NCBI GenBank assembly: GCA_951406725.2
Contig: OX597826.1
Span: 6,200,001 to 6,264,000, forward strand
From: Octopus vulgaris
Lineage: Eukaryota
Direction of reading: 5' to 3'
DNA length: 64,000 nucleotides
The notes beneath the pieces are model-generated. The model was not told the DNA's origin, made no database searches, and saw only the letters and a list, made by a program, of their open reading frames with translations. The first letter of the stretch is position 1; each line of letters opens with the position of its first letter. This document shows positions 14,155-28,879 of this stretch, one piece after another. A program made the position numbers and the translations under genes.

Positions 14155-15563
14155 TATACACTGCCGAGCTTATATAAAGTTCGTTCAATGGTATCTTTAT
14201 CTGGATTTCTCTATCAGCTACGATATTTTTCATACATTCGTCTGACTCCATAAAATGAGTTGTGTAATATTCTGTACTTACACTTGAAGGAATGCTTTAA
14301 TTTCAGTAATAATCATAACTTTCTTGGTACTGTCACAAAGCGCTGCACACAATCGTGTTGAAGACAGAACGGTAAAATATTTCAAGTGCGTCAGTGTAAT
14401 GTGAGAACTAATAACAGATGCTTCATGAATTATTGAATCGATTGGATTCATAATGTAATGCAAATGCTTAAGTAATTAACTATTTTATTGATAACTCGTC
14501 CTCCTCTTATAAATTTGTCAAATTTCAAATCGTTGTCAAAAATATTATTTTTATTTTTCATATTACTCAAATGTTGTAACATCCACCGGGCAAGATATTT
14601 ATATTAGCTTACTGTGTTTTTATATTTTATTTGGGAAGGTTTTATAAATTGGCTATAAATTTTCAACTTGTAGTAACTGACATACTGCTTTTCTGACAGC
14701 CAGAATGACAAATTACTGCCTGTAAACACAGTGGACTTCAAAAAGACTTATTTCTGCCGATTTTATAGCTTTCATTGATTCAAAAGAGTAGGCGCTGTAT
14801 CCCGCTCAGGCCAAACCTGCTGTAACATATGACAGTCATGTAATAATTATTAAAGGCGGGGATGTACGCTTCCATTTTCTCAAACTCAGTTCGATCATTA
14901 GATGATAGTTTCCCAGCAGCCCTTTCGTGGATGAGATGGGTCAATTTTATTTTATTTTGGGTTAGTCACTTTCTTATAAGATATCCGAACCGGATTATAC
15001 TTCATCTAACTTGATTGAGTCGTCTGTCCGATGTCCTATTTTTATCTCGATGCAACCCGATCTGCAACACTACCGGTCTCTTGAGGTTAGTTTCGTTACC
15101 ACCACGTATAATTTTACAACGTCACTGAGGAACTTTTCCGTTGTGGAGTCCGACACAGTCATATTGACGTCCTTTCATATACTGACGTGGAACTTACATG
15201 TGATAATTCAAACGGGATACAAACGAAAACATGCAATTTTCTCTGCAGTAGTGGATCAAGTGTCAGTACATATATAACTGGTGAAAGTCTAAATCAGTAT
15301 TTGTGCGAGTTTAAAATCATATCGGTTCGGATAGCGAATGGACGTCTACTCTGACTCCGGAGAATGCGCGTTGCTACTGTAAATGAAAGTAACCTAGCAC
15401 CTAAGAACATCAGCTAGACCAAGTGGCTTCTTGCAAACAGTTGCAAATATAAACGATTGCAAATTTTTCATTTGTACAAGTAGATCTGAGTCCAGCGGAG
15501 CCGCGTATATTGTCCGACCTCTCTATAATATATTATATGGACGGTTGTAAATTGTTGAGGAAA

Positions 15564-15794
15564 TACTCTCTTTACTCTTTTACTCTTTTACTTGTTTCAG
15601 TCATTTGACTTCGGCCATGCTGGAGCACCGCCTTTAATCGAGCAACTCGACCCCGGGACTTATTCTTTTGTAAGCCCTGTACTTATTCTATCGTGTCTGT
15701 TTTGCCGAACCGCTAAGTAACGGGGACGTAAACACACCAGCATCGGTTGTCAAGCAATGCTAGGAGGACAAACACAGGCACACAAACACACACA

Positions 15795-15842
<48 letters not shown>

Positions 15843-16006
15843 TACGACGGCTTCTTTCAGTTTCCGTCTACCAAATCCACTCCGAAGGCTTCGGTCGGCC
15901 CGAGGCTATAGTAGAAGACACTTGCCCTAGGTGCCACGCAGTGGGACTGAACCCGGAACCATGTGGTTGGTAAACAAGCTACTTACAACACAGCCACTCC
16001 TGCGCC
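15564..16006 (-). mobile_element. SINE family A, full length
   Basis: Reverse-complement homolog of 52468-52916 with tRNA-like head, internal microsatellite and (TAAAAGAG)n tail. Confidence 0.9.
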
Positions 16007-17039
16007 TGCCCATAATCAGATAAAGCTGAGCATTCTGAACCGCGAAACCTATGATTAGCACTCAGTAACTTCAGGAGTGGGGAGCATGGGAAATTATATA
16101 TCCTTAAATAACCCAACCTACAACATGTCTCAACTGGTTACAACTTTGCCTACTAGCTGGCAACACTCTAACACAGAAGTGACTACGCTACGAGGATTTG
16201 ATGGTAACCAATACATTTCTAATTGAGGGACATACGACAAGTTTTCTGAACTTGTCCCCTTGCCCTTTTCCCAGTGTTTAACAACGATACGTTCTGTTCC
16301 ACATGATCTGTCTACTTTCAAAGAAGATAAATCGCTTCATGATTAATTTGAGTTCACTCAAATACGAAATTTAATGACACACTGCAGACCAACGTAATTT
16401 TGAGTATATATATAAATTAGCAGTGTCCGTCCTTTAGAAATCTTGTTTGATCCATACAGTTAAAAAAAGGGTGCTTAGGTCGGATGTGTAGCACTGGTAC
16501 AAGTTTCATTTTGAAATAGATGGCCCATATTCAAAGTTCGTTCATTGCAAGTATGTTTATCTAAAGATGAGGCTCGATTTCAACTTTTATATCTGACTTC
16601 CGTCTGATTAAAATATATGGATGCTGTTAGTTCTGTTCTTCGATTTAACGCTGTAAATGATCGAAATGTTATTACTGTTTTCTCTTATAATTTCTCGCCT
16701 TGTTTATACTAGATGTTTACATTCTAGTATATAATTAAATTTGCTTTCTGCTTCTGCTTGATATTTTTCCCTGCTGCATTCAATTCAAAAACATGGGGTG
16801 GGGACGGAGTGTTCTCTTTCTGTCATCATCGGCTGAAGGTAAACACGGTTAAAATTATCTTTAAATATCCAAAAAATGACAAACGGTGTTTATCATTCTA
16901 CGTGATAGAAATGTTTTAGACATATTATCTAGAGAAATATTTCAAAATAAGAAATATTTCAAAATTCCCTTCTTCAGTTATATTTGATAAATATCCAAAT
17001 TTTGCAGCGCAACAAGACACATATCTTACATATGTCTAG

Positions 17040-17726
<687 letters not shown>

Positions 17727-18513
17727 TTACCATATTAACCATCGGCAAATTAATATCATATTATTAAAAACTCTCATTTCTTAAGTGCGTAATGTAGCAC
17801 TTAAGACGGACTATATACCCGGCTGTAAATTCTGGCAAGCGTCCAGTTAGAGCAATTAAACGTCAGTTTTTATTGATAAATTAATAATTATAATTCAATA
17901 ATGGTAATCATCGATTTCCTGTTAGGGAATAAGTTTGTGAAGTGGATACATATATTTTATTCGTCCGTTTGATGTATTCTGAAATATAATTAACGTAAGT
18001 TCAATAGAAATTATATAGTTGCTATATTTATGACAAACACGTCTTCAACCGACCAATATTTATGATTATATTATTGATGGCTTGAATACAGCTATCGTCA
18101 TAATGCAGCAGTCAATTTTTCAAGCTGGTTTCGAAACTTGTTTGAAGTTAACATATTTCAATTTTACAGGGAATAATCAAGTCATCAAATTCTCATGGCC
18201 AACTAATTTTCTGATTTTAAATACCTCCCGCGCTGAGGCTAAATTATATACCGTGGCGTTCAACAATAAAAGAAAATCAGCACTATTTTGTTGGGATTGG
18301 CTGAATGAACTGCATATATGCATTGCAGAGTAGCAGATAAAATGATTCTACAATCCTAATATTTAGTTTTTGATACAGTGAAGTTCCTAAAGTGTAAGCG
18401 AACACTCTCAATATAGGCAACTTGAAACAGGTGATGTACCAGCTTAAGCTACAGTATGACTTAGCAATGCGTTGGGAAGATTGCGATGTACATTAGTAGC
18501 CGGTAGGTAAGTA

Positions 18514-19083
18514 TTGGGTTGCCCGGAAAGTTCGTGCCGATAAATAGTAGCTTACATTTCGACTTATTTTAGAAGATGGTTGAGTCCATAAAAGAAGATT
18601 TGACTACACCTCCATTTAGAGCACAGTTTAAGCTATCTTTTCATGGAAGAAGGTTTATGTTCCTATAATCTGTGTTAATTCTGTGACTCTTTAAAATGGA
18701 AGATAAGAAAGTTCATTTTCGGCACTTGATGCTTTGGAAACCAGACAAAAATTGCTGCAGCTCGGCTGGGATGTGTTACCCAACCCTCCATATTCACCAG
18801 ATATTGCTCCTTCGGATTTCTACTTATTCAGGTCTCTGTAGAATAGTCTTAATGGTAAAAATTTCAATTCCTTGGATGACGTAAAAAGATACCTTGATGA
18901 ATTCTTTCTTTGCAATGAAACCACATCAATTCTGGGAGGAGGGTATTTTCAAGTTAAAGGAAAGATAGAAACGCATTGTGCAACAAAATAGTTCATATTT
19001 AGGTGATTAAAAATGTAATGGCAAGTATTTATTGACCTTTTTCTTTCCTTTAAAAATCGGCACGAACTTTCCGGACAACCCAA
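18514..19083 (+). mobile_element. Non-autonomous mariner (mellifera-subfamily-like), internally deleted, TIRs intact
   Basis: 28-bp TIRs TTGGGTTGCCCGGAAAGTTCGTGCCGAT / ATCGGCACGAACTTTCCGGACAACCCAA (1 mismatch), with TA on the left. MEDKKVHFRHLMLW is joined to RQKLLQLGWDVLPNPPYSPDIAPSDFYLFRSL*NSLNGKNF. Confidence 0.92.
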
Positions 19084-19577
19084 TGTAATTTTCAATGGCT
19101 GCAGTACTAAGTATGTGAGAAAGAGGTAAATAGAAAATAAATGTGGAGAGATTAAACACAGTATTGCGTGAAAAAAATCGTATGTTGTAAGCCTGAAGTA
19201 CAGATTTCTATTTCAGAAATAGAAGCTCGAAGCTTCACTTTTTTTATTTTATCCATTGCGGAATTATGAACAGAAAAGTTCATTTTAGTGCAATTTGAAT
19301 TCAGAACGTTAAGAGCTGGAAGAAATGCTGCCAAATGTTTTATTCACTGGAATAACGATTCTGCCCTATCTCAGTGGCTTTGCAATAACAATAGAAAATT
19401 GAGTAAATTCGTGGACAAGCGAATTTTTCAGTAGCTCTTTCTTGTAGCTCTTTCTTGTTGTGGGTATTACTTTGAGTGTAGGGTGTACTGTGGGCATCAA
19501 CTTGAGCCTACTGAGTGTACAATTGCAGGATATCAAAAATGTAGTATAAATGCCTTCCTTAATATTCCATTTAAATG

Positions 19578-19778
19578 TTGGCACAAGGCCATCAATTATG
19601 AGGGAAAGGTTAAATCGATTACAGCGAATCCAGTACTCAACCTGTACTTATTTTATCAACCCCGAAAGGATGAGAGGCAAAGTTGACCCCGGCAGCATTT
19701 GAACTCAGGACCTAAAGCTAGACGAAATGTCGCTAATCATTTCGCTCGGAATGCTAACGATTCTGCCAGCTCGCCGCA
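19578..19778 (-). mobile_element. SINE family B-related, diverged
   Basis: CCCCGAAAGGATGAGAGGCAAAGTTGACC..TTTGAACTCAG..GCTAACGATTCTGCCAGCTCGCCGC matches 3793-4024. Confidence 0.75.
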
Positions 19779-21456
19779 TTTTATCTTCGTTAATGTTACT
19801 GACTGGTATCTTGCATAAATGTTTGATGATGAATATACGAGTTGATTATAAGTCTTCTTTGTCATTTTGTTTTCGTTTATGTTGGTTACGTTCTATACAA
19901 CGTCGAATGGATCTAGATTTTTTCATTAGCAAAATATTCATTTTTTAAAAGGAAGTAAAAAATCTGAAAATCGGATATAATAATGTAGTCTTCCAGTCAT
20001 ATTGCTTTGAATGTATGGTGTTGTGGAGAAAGAATTGGAGGAAAAAGTTACAGAGATTTAAAGATCGGAAAAATCTGTATTTTTAGCCAATGGGGAGACA
20101 GAATTTTTGGGGTTTAGTAGAGTGGAGTCAACTCTAAGATTGTACCTTGTGAAATGTATAGCTTAGCGTCTGCAACATGACCTGTTCATTGTAGGATTCT
20201 AAATAAACAGAAATACCTAATAAAATCAACATGTATTATTTTACTGTTTCTTTTGTCTCTTCCTTAATTGTATATTACTATTTTTAATTTGTTTTATTAA
20301 TATATTTCTCTGCATTTGTTTTCTTTACGTGTTTTTCAGTATTATGTATACTTGTCATGTATTTGTGTACATCATTAATTATTAAGTGAATATGGATGTA
20401 TGTATTCATATATAAGTATATATGTACATTTGTGAATTCACGTGAGTGCGTGCGTGTGTGTATGTTTGTGTGTGTGTGTGTCTGTGTGCGTGTGTGTGTG
20501 AAGGGTAAGTATATCCCTAAAACTCCAAAGCTGAATAACGTTTTCATACCTGGATTTGTAAACTACGCTAAGAATAACGCTAGTCAACAAATAATTTGTC
20601 GCAAGGAAAAGAATACCTGTATCATGTTTTTGCATGCAGAATTCAGACATAATGTCAAATTATCTGTATCACCCACAGTTTCTCTTCCACGATATCCCTC
20701 TCAGTTTCTGTTACGTGGGCTAACTTTCAGTTAAGCTGTTGAAATATGAAGCTATCAGTTTAAGAAATACTCCCAATTCAAATTTTTATGAATCGAATTA
20801 ACCTAGTGAAATCGTAAATCCAGGTGAGTCAATGAGTCCCAAAAATATATGAAATGAAAATTATGTAAAAATACTAACACAAAGAAAAAGGACAGAGAAA
20901 TACTAACACAGCACAGAAAAATATGTAATATACTAACAAACAGAAAACTTAAAACATATCATGCAGGTGAAAAGAATATCGTGGTGTGAAGAGTCAAGTG
21001 TAAAAAATGAACATAGAACAACGTGCGGCACAGGCACTGAACCACAACACAGCGTGCGGTTGTTATGGCAATAAGCTGCTAATGTCATGTTGTCTGCTGA
21101 TTAGCTAAAGTTACCCAAATTTCCCAACTTTAATTCCAAATAACATCAGATTCTTTAATTTACGAGATAAAGTAATTGGTTGATCGTACTCAAAATTCAG
21201 AGTTGCATCGATACATCAAATTAAGAGCAATCTGAACAAAATTAAAGGGGGCTCATTTTGCGAATGAAAAAGAATAGATCCATACGAATGTAAGAAATAT
21301 ATGTAGTTTGACTTGGCATTGGTTTGGGGCATGCGTCCATATGTATATTAAGACGTTGTAGGAGCAACGCCTTAATATAAAGTTATGTGTATGTGTGTGT
21401 GTGTGTGTATGTGTGTCTCCGTGTTTGTATGTAACATACACACATATGAATATATT

Positions 21457-21490
<34 letters not shown>

Positions 21491-21669
21491 GTTATGGCAT
21501 ATTCTGTTAAAAACGTAATAGAGTACAGTATAAAGCTTGTCTACATTCAGATTTACTCTGTACTATATGGTAGTAGTACCATACGTACTTCAAGGTTTGT
21601 GCTTGGGCATCTGTCGTGTGTGAATTGGCAATTGAAAAACTTGGATTCAAAAGGAAGGGGTACGATTAG

Positions 21670-22002
21670 AGATTTATATTTTCAATCACTACAATTGTTT
21701 CGACACAAAGTATTTTTCCGGGTGTGCAAGTACTTGATTTTTGCAACTGATTCCCTGTATTATGAGATCTAGTTGTTTCCTCAGGCGATATGTAAATATT
21801 TGTCTCCGTAAGCTTAAAATACTCGGCTTCAAGAACATCTTATCTGTGTTTCGTGGCCTGAATTTAGTAGTAGCCAGTGAGCTTATGAGGTTATTTTGTT
21901 GCGAGTGTAGGTATATTTATATATGAGTATGTATATGAATGCGCCTACATAGCCGTATATGTGAGCGTGTGTGTATATATACGTATGTATATGTATATGT
22001 AG

Positions 22003-22046
<44 letters not shown>

Positions 22047-22470
22047 TTGAAAGTATATAAGTGTGTGTGCGGGTGCCTGAGCGTGTGTATGATAGTATAT
22101 GTCCGAGCATTGAATCTTACATGCCAGTTAAAGACAAGAACAAATCAGCAGTACAAAGAAATAAAATACCTATCACATTAAAATGGCAACCGCAATAGTA
22201 GTAACAGAATCACCATTCCACTACGTCGTCACATTCAAAACAGTTTGCCGACGGCCTTTCAGCAACAACACACTCGCTGACTACTACCAACTTCAGACCA
22301 CAACACACAAATAGGAGGCTCTTGAAACCGAGGATTTCAAAATTACGGAGACAATATTTACATATTGCCTGAAGGAACACAACTAGATCAGGGAAACAGT
22401 TACAGAATCAAGTGCCTTTACACCTGCAGAACTACGTTACTTTGAAACAATAGTGATTAAGAAATAAAAC
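21670..22470. repeat. Diverged inverted repeat pair (PLE terminal-repeat-like)
   Basis: The reverse complement of 21670-21885 aligns with 22270-22470 (shared TTACGGAGACAA, TATTTACATAT.GCCTGA, CAACTAGATC, AATCAAGT). The spacer contains microsatellite. Confidence 0.8.
21685..21789 (-). ncRNA. Type I hammerhead ribozyme motif
   Basis: Minus strand reads ATCGC-CTGAGGA-...TTGTGTC-GAAAC-AATT-GTA-GTGAT. The core is intact, stem I is ATCGC/GTGAT, stem III is the palindrome ACAATTGT and stem II is weakened. Confidence 0.65.
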
Positions 22471-22523
22471 TGTTCATGTTGACTCCAAATTATACATACA
22501 TACATACATACATACATACATAC

Positions 22524-22598
<75 letters not shown>

Positions 22599-22792
22599 TA
22601 AAATAGAAAGATGAATAATCTTGTTGCAGATTAATCAAAAGTTTAACCGATACCTTGGTAGCAAAAATCACAGCAGAAGACAGCACGGTTGGAGATAAAA
22701 CCATTTGGTGTTGCAACCGTGCGTTGGTGCGGATAATTGAATTTTAATATTATTAGTGAATTGAAGAAATAGAGTTGAACGAAGATTGAACA

Positions 22793-22904
22793 GAATTCCT
22801 TTTATTGCATTCTACACATGTTTCAAAAGCCACAATTTTCCAAATTCTGATTAAATAAGGATTCCATATTGTGACTTTCTCTTCAGGAAAAAAATAGGAA
22901 TTCC
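22793..22904 (-). ncRNA. Type I hammerhead ribozyme motif (left-arm copy)
   Basis: Mirror of 23256-23367. One C>T change in stem II converts a C-G pair to U-G. Confidence 0.75.
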
Positions 22905-23255
22905 GTTGGCAGAACAAAACAGAACAGAGGCGCAGCAAAGCAATTTGAACGAGGAGGCTCTTTAAGAGCCCATGGCTGAACTGATTATCAATGTACGTTG
23001 AAATCGGGTGGTGGGTGCGTTGAAGATATTTACAGGTCAGGCGGCGGTCAGAATTTTAGTTTTGGTCACACAGAACATCTCCACACCCCTTGCTCTCACC
23101 CACTGGATTTGACCTCCGCCTGACCTGTAAATATCTTCAACGCACCCACCACCCGATTTCAACGTACATTGATAATCAGTTCAGCCATGGGCTCTAAGAG
23201 AGCCTCCTCGTTCAAATTGCTTTGCTGCGCCTCTGTTCTGTTTTGTTCTGCCAAC

Positions 23256-23367
23256 GGAATTCCTATTTTTTTCCTGAAGAGAAAGCCACAATATGGAATC
23301 CTTATTTAATCAGAATTTGGAAAATTGTGGCTTTTGAAACATGTGTAGAATGCAATAAAAGGAATTC
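23256..23367 (+). ncRNA. Type I hammerhead ribozyme motif (right-arm copy)
   Basis: CTGAAGA at 23274-23280, a 12-bp stem II GAAAGCCACAAT/ATTGTGGCTTTT, and GAAAC-ATGT-GTA at 23336-23347. Stem I is TTC/GAA, extended by GAATTCCT/AGGAATTC. Confidence 0.8.
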
Positions 23368-23405
23368 TGTTCAATCTTCGTTCAACTCCATTTCTTCAAT
23401 TCACT

Positions 23406-23577
<172 letters not shown>

Positions 23578-23895
23578 GAAGAGAGAGAGAGAGAGACAAA
23601 GTGAGAGTGAGAGGGAATTTTAAAGTAAATTTGTGTGAGTATTGTGTGGGTATTGTGTGGGTAGAATATTTCAATCCCTATTTCGATTTACAGGAAGATT
23701 CCGATGAATGTTTGAAGTTAGATTCCGCACGTTGCAGACATTAGGGCACACACGATCATTATTCCATTATCTGACTGACTGTTTAGGTATGTGGCATCTG
23801 GGGAGTTGCGTTGTTATATCATCAGAACATTTCAGGTTATTCACATACAAATGAAGACTATTTCGCAATGAACTTTGCTTGGATATATATGTATG

Positions 23896-23928
<33 letters not shown>

Positions 23929-23934
23929 GTAATT

Positions 23935-24100
23935 TCTTTGTCTGTCCTTGTTTGTGCCCTCTATGTTTAGCTCCTTGTGGGAAATAAAGACATAAGAAAC
24001 ATTAGCACGCCGGGGGAAATGCTTAGCGATATTTTATGTTTTTACATTCTGGGCTCAAATACCGCCGAGATCGACTTTACATTTCAACCTTTCGGATTCA
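23935..24100 (+). mobile_element. SINE family B fragment, tail-before-head arrangement
   Basis: The 3' tail TTTGTCTGTCCTTGTTTG..GTGGGAAATAAAGA is followed directly by the 5' segment AGAAACATTAGCACGCCGGG..GATCGACTTT. Confidence 0.7.
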
Positions 24101-24127
24101 GTCCTACTGCACAGCACAGTGGGCAGT

Positions 24128-24213
<86 letters not shown>

Positions 24214-24217
<4 letters not shown>

Positions 24218-24430
24218 TGTATGCGTGTATCTTTGTGTCTATGTTTGACCCCAACCCACCCGGCTCGAGAACGATGTTGGTGTGTTTACGTCGCCGTAAC
24301 TTAGCAGTTCCAGAGAAGTGACCGATACAACCAATACCAGGCTTACAAAGAATGAGACTAAGGGTCGATTTCATCGATGTAAAGGCAAATGACTGAAACA
24401 AGGAAAAGGATAAAAGAATAAATAAAAGAA
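24214..24430 (+). mobile_element. SINE family A, 3' half
   Basis: GATGTTGGTGTGTTTACGTC..CTTACAAAGAAT..ATGACTGAAACAAG follows a (TA)n tract. Confidence 0.75.
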
Positions 24431-25745
24431 TGTGTGTTTGTGTATGTATACACACACACAACCACACACACACACAACCACACACACACACAACCACACA
24501 CACATATATATATTGGTGTATCGGTTGAAGTATATGACCTAATTCTGTAAAACGAAAGTCGGTATGAAATTTGTGTACGCAAGTAAATAAGTGAAATACT
24601 GACATATCAGTTAATTAAGGTAGGTTACGTTCTCTTGAAACTTCAAACCATAGAGTACATTTCTATTAAAGTGTTCAATATTGTACGCATACTTTTGGTG
24701 CATACTGTAGCAAAAGTTAACATAATAGCGTTAAAGGCTTCAGTAGAGTTCTAGAAATATCTTACATTGTGTATGTGTTATTAGATATGAACAATTCAAA
24801 AATTATGTAAAAAATACGAAACCAAAATACAGAAATGGAAATAAAAAAGTAAAGGACGATGGTGGGGAATAAACTTCCTTGTTTAGCGCTGTTATATTTC
24901 ATAAAAAAGTAAATATTTTCTACTGCAGTAATGTAGTAATCATATCAAAATATATCTTTCGTATATTATCAAATTTTTTTTCTCTCTCTGACACGTTTTC
25001 ACAGTTTCTGTTGCAACTACATAGTTTAGAAAATATTCACATATAGCCAGCCTTTGACTCGCTAGTGATCATTGCAGAGGAAATGTAGAAAACGCAAAAA
25101 TTTGTTTTCTGAGGTCGCTGAAAATCAATATATAATACAATATTACCCTGCCTACTTTGAAAATTCCCTTAAAGGAAGCCTGGCTACGCTTATTTTAAAT
25201 GCACAATGAAAACCATTTTCTTGCAACATAATTTGACGAAATAACGTTTGATGAGACTGTTTAAGCGAAATTTATTCAGAAACCTTCTATCGTCCAGTCA
25301 TTTCTTCAACATGCATGTGTTGGCTGGTGCTTGGCTTACAACACCCAATTACAGTCTAGTATAGATACGCAATATTAAAAGCTGAATCTTCTTTTCTTCC
25401 GTTCAACCTTCATCTATCATTGCATACAACTCTCAGATCAAAGCTCAGAAGATTATAGTAAATTAGTTAATTTTGAAGAAATTGACGTTGAAGAAACGTA
25501 TGGCGACTATGGCTTTTGACGTCCATCCCTTTAGGGCTTTGGCAGTTTTGTATTTTCTTTAAGAAGTCGGAAGATTCATTCACATGAGGGAATTAAGTCC
25601 AATCATTTGTACAGCTATTGGAGAATGAAAAAAATATATATGTATCTATATAATGAAACTGCATTTCTACCTCTAGGGATATATTCTTTATACATACACA
25701 CACTCACGTTCATACATGTATACTTATACATACATACCTACACAA

Positions 25746-25794
<49 letters not shown>

Positions 25795-27479
25795 TATACA
25801 TACGAGTGATATGTATGCACGTGTCTCTATGTGCGTGTGTGTTCACTTGTGTAGATGTATATATATATATATATATACATATGTGTGTATGTGTGTGAAA
25901 ACATGCATAAATGTTTACACGTATATATATATGCGTGTATGTTTGTGTGTTTGTGTGAATATGTGTGTATATGTATGTGTGTGTGTGCATCTGTATTTGT
26001 AGATGTTTCGTGTGTCTGTAGATATATGCGTTTAAGTATATGTATATATGCATGTGCGTATATAAGCATGCATGTATATAAAATCAAATTCTATGAAGAA
26101 AAGAGTTTTGAGTTAAGATTTTTTTAAAAGTTACTGACAGAAAATGTTTCATATAAGTACAAAAAACAAAATAAAATAAAGCACGAAAACAGAAAATACA
26201 AAATATATAAACCATAAAATAAAGTGAAAATTATTTCCTATAAAACATAAACCTATATTCTCTTTAAAGAAATAAAGAAAACAAAAGTGCAACGTATGAA
26301 AAGATGGAAAAAAAAATAAACATCGCTCGTGGAATTCCATCTTTTTTTTAGCTTCTCTTTCGGTGTTTTGATTGGTGGCGGAGACGCAGTATACGTTTTC
26401 AATGTCAAGGTTTATAATCATCCCCATCGAATATGAGATTTTTTTTTTAGGAATGAGTAAGTTAGAGGTAAATATATGTAGGTATTAGACACCTAATATG
26501 ACTCACTAGATTATATTAGATTTATCTGATTACTTCACGCATTTATTCTTAAGTAAATACGTGCTGCATCGTTCATTTTTCATTTCCTGTTTCGGTCAGT
26601 GTTATCATTTCGATACTAAGTATTAGCGGAGCAGTCTTTAAATCAATGACTTCATTTACCAGGTTAATCGACACAAATTGATGTGAAATTTAGAAGGATA
26701 TTATTAATTTAAGATTATCTTAGTAGAAATATAATTTCCATATGAGAATATGTCCGAGTAAATAGCATTTAATAATGATAATATGAAAAAAGAATTTCGA
26801 ACGCAATAGAAGGAAATTGATGCGTTAGCTGATACCCCTTATCAAATTCAAAATCGCAAAGCCTGTCATAATTCTCGCGTTAGTTTAAAAATAGTGTTGT
26901 AAGAGAGATAACATTCTTATTTAAGAGAAGATACATCGATCGCTGCAAAAAGACATGCTTGGAAATTTCTAAAAGAATGCATTTGCTCAATATTGTGTAT
27001 AAATTTTATTTTACTTTCATTATCGCTTACATTGTAAATACATGTAAATAGCATGTTTAAGTACTCAATATATAAAGACAGCAGGTGAAAGCAAGACAAC
27101 TAAACTTTTAATGATCTATGAATGCCTAGAGAATTCAGGTGGGGGGGATATTCGCTCCTAGATTTATATATTCTTTCTTCTGGATCGTGTCACATTTACT
27201 CGGGTAAAATATGTTTCCATGAGACAAGTATACGTACAGTATGAAAACTAAAGCAAAATGAAAAGAGAAATTAAACCAATGAAAACATTGGATTTTGTAG
27301 CAGCAACGCTGTCAACATGTATGTGTGAACAGACATGCTGAGACGCAGTCAAAAGCAGAACCAGATATTTCTAAACTAGTGAGAAATACTATAGAAGAAA
27401 CCAAGAAAACGACTTTGTGTTTGAAGACTAAGTAAAAATACAAAATTCCCATGAACATCATATGTGACTGAGTAATATT

Positions 27480-27531
<52 letters not shown>

Positions 27532-27603
27532 TAGATAGATAGATATATATAGATAGATAGATATATAGAGAGGGAGAGAGATAGATAGATACGGAAGTGA
27601 GAA

Positions 27604-27852
27604 TCTCTCTCTATATAAACGGCAGTTTGTCTGTGCGTTTTCTGTGTGTCTGTTTTCTTGTATAGACCACGGCTTTCAACCGATTCTGATGAAACTTGAC
27701 ACACACATAGCCCAATGTCATAATTCAAAACAACGCAGCGAAAATTTTGAAAGAGTTCTGAGATAAAGATAGATAGAAATACGGACGCAAAGCTATAACT
27801 CTTAAAAATGCTTTATAGTTATTTCTTACAAACCTGAGCAAGATACTGCTAG
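27604..27852 (+). mobile_element. Non-autonomous Helitron
   Basis: Starts A|TCTCTCTCTATATAAAC with GTCTGT-type repeats and ends CTAG|T, with no TSD. The subterminal hairpin appears partly deleted. Confidence 0.65.
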
Positions 27853-28879
27853 TATGAATATAAAAACACCATCCATTATAGATATTCGGGATAAGCGTTG
27901 ACTTAGTACTAAACATCACCCGCATCATCATTGGCAACAATAATAGGTTCTAAAATGAAGGAAGGTTATGACGTCATACAAACAAACATGACAGCCTACT
28001 TGAAAAGTGAGGGTGTCTGTTGAGTGTCGTGAATTCACTCATCAAAAGCTGTCCAACTTATTCACAACAGACGTGGAAATACGTTACCGTTTTTGGTGTC
28101 TGTCTGTTTGTCCGTTTGTTTGTGTGTCTGTCTGTCTTTGTCTGTCCTCTCTTTTGTAAGGTGGATATCCTCGTTGCCAATCTTATAATGTGGATTTATA
28201 TCATGGTATTATACAAAACCACGGAACGGAGTAGATACCAACTGTTACCACTTGACTTTATCCCAAATGTTCAACCAACAAACGTCACCAAACGAAACGA
28301 ACTATAACTACATCTCAACAATTTCCTGCATCTCCAAGAACTCATGAACAACACCTTTCAACTTTTTGCGAATTCTCATCTCTCTCAGCGTAACAGGCTA
28401 CTACTTACAACCTGTTATAACCAGTTGATCTAGCGAGTGGGGCCGGTGCACATTTATGCCGTCGAGAGGTAGCCCCCGAACTAGCGCACATTCTCCACTG
28501 ATGACCCCATACACTTGCTGGCTTCCGGTATGTGAAGCTTTCGACTGGTAGCTCCTGCATGTGCAAGTTATTTGCAAAACATCGAGTTCGGCTAATCCAT
28601 TCTCACAGGGGGTGTCAGGATTCCCGCAATACCATCTCCCGTTTGGGATTTTTCTTCTGTAGGAAGTGCAACTACCTTATTACATTTTTTTGGGTTTTTT
28701 TTTTCATTCCCACACCTCTCTCTTTTTTGAGATTTCAATTTTCTCGGAAGTTTTCGTATTTATTCCCCTTAGGGATTATTTTAGTCGTTCCGTTTGTTTC
28801 CGTTTTCTATTTCTTATCCACCTAAGTTCAACCAATTTTTGCGTGGAACATCGAACCAGTCCTAAACTTCCATCGCTAT

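Noticed and set aside
28498-28555. Hammerhead candidate CTGATGA-CCCCATAC..GTATG-TGAAG
   Set aside because: GAAA is absent and there is no convincing stem I or III. At best it is a dead relic.
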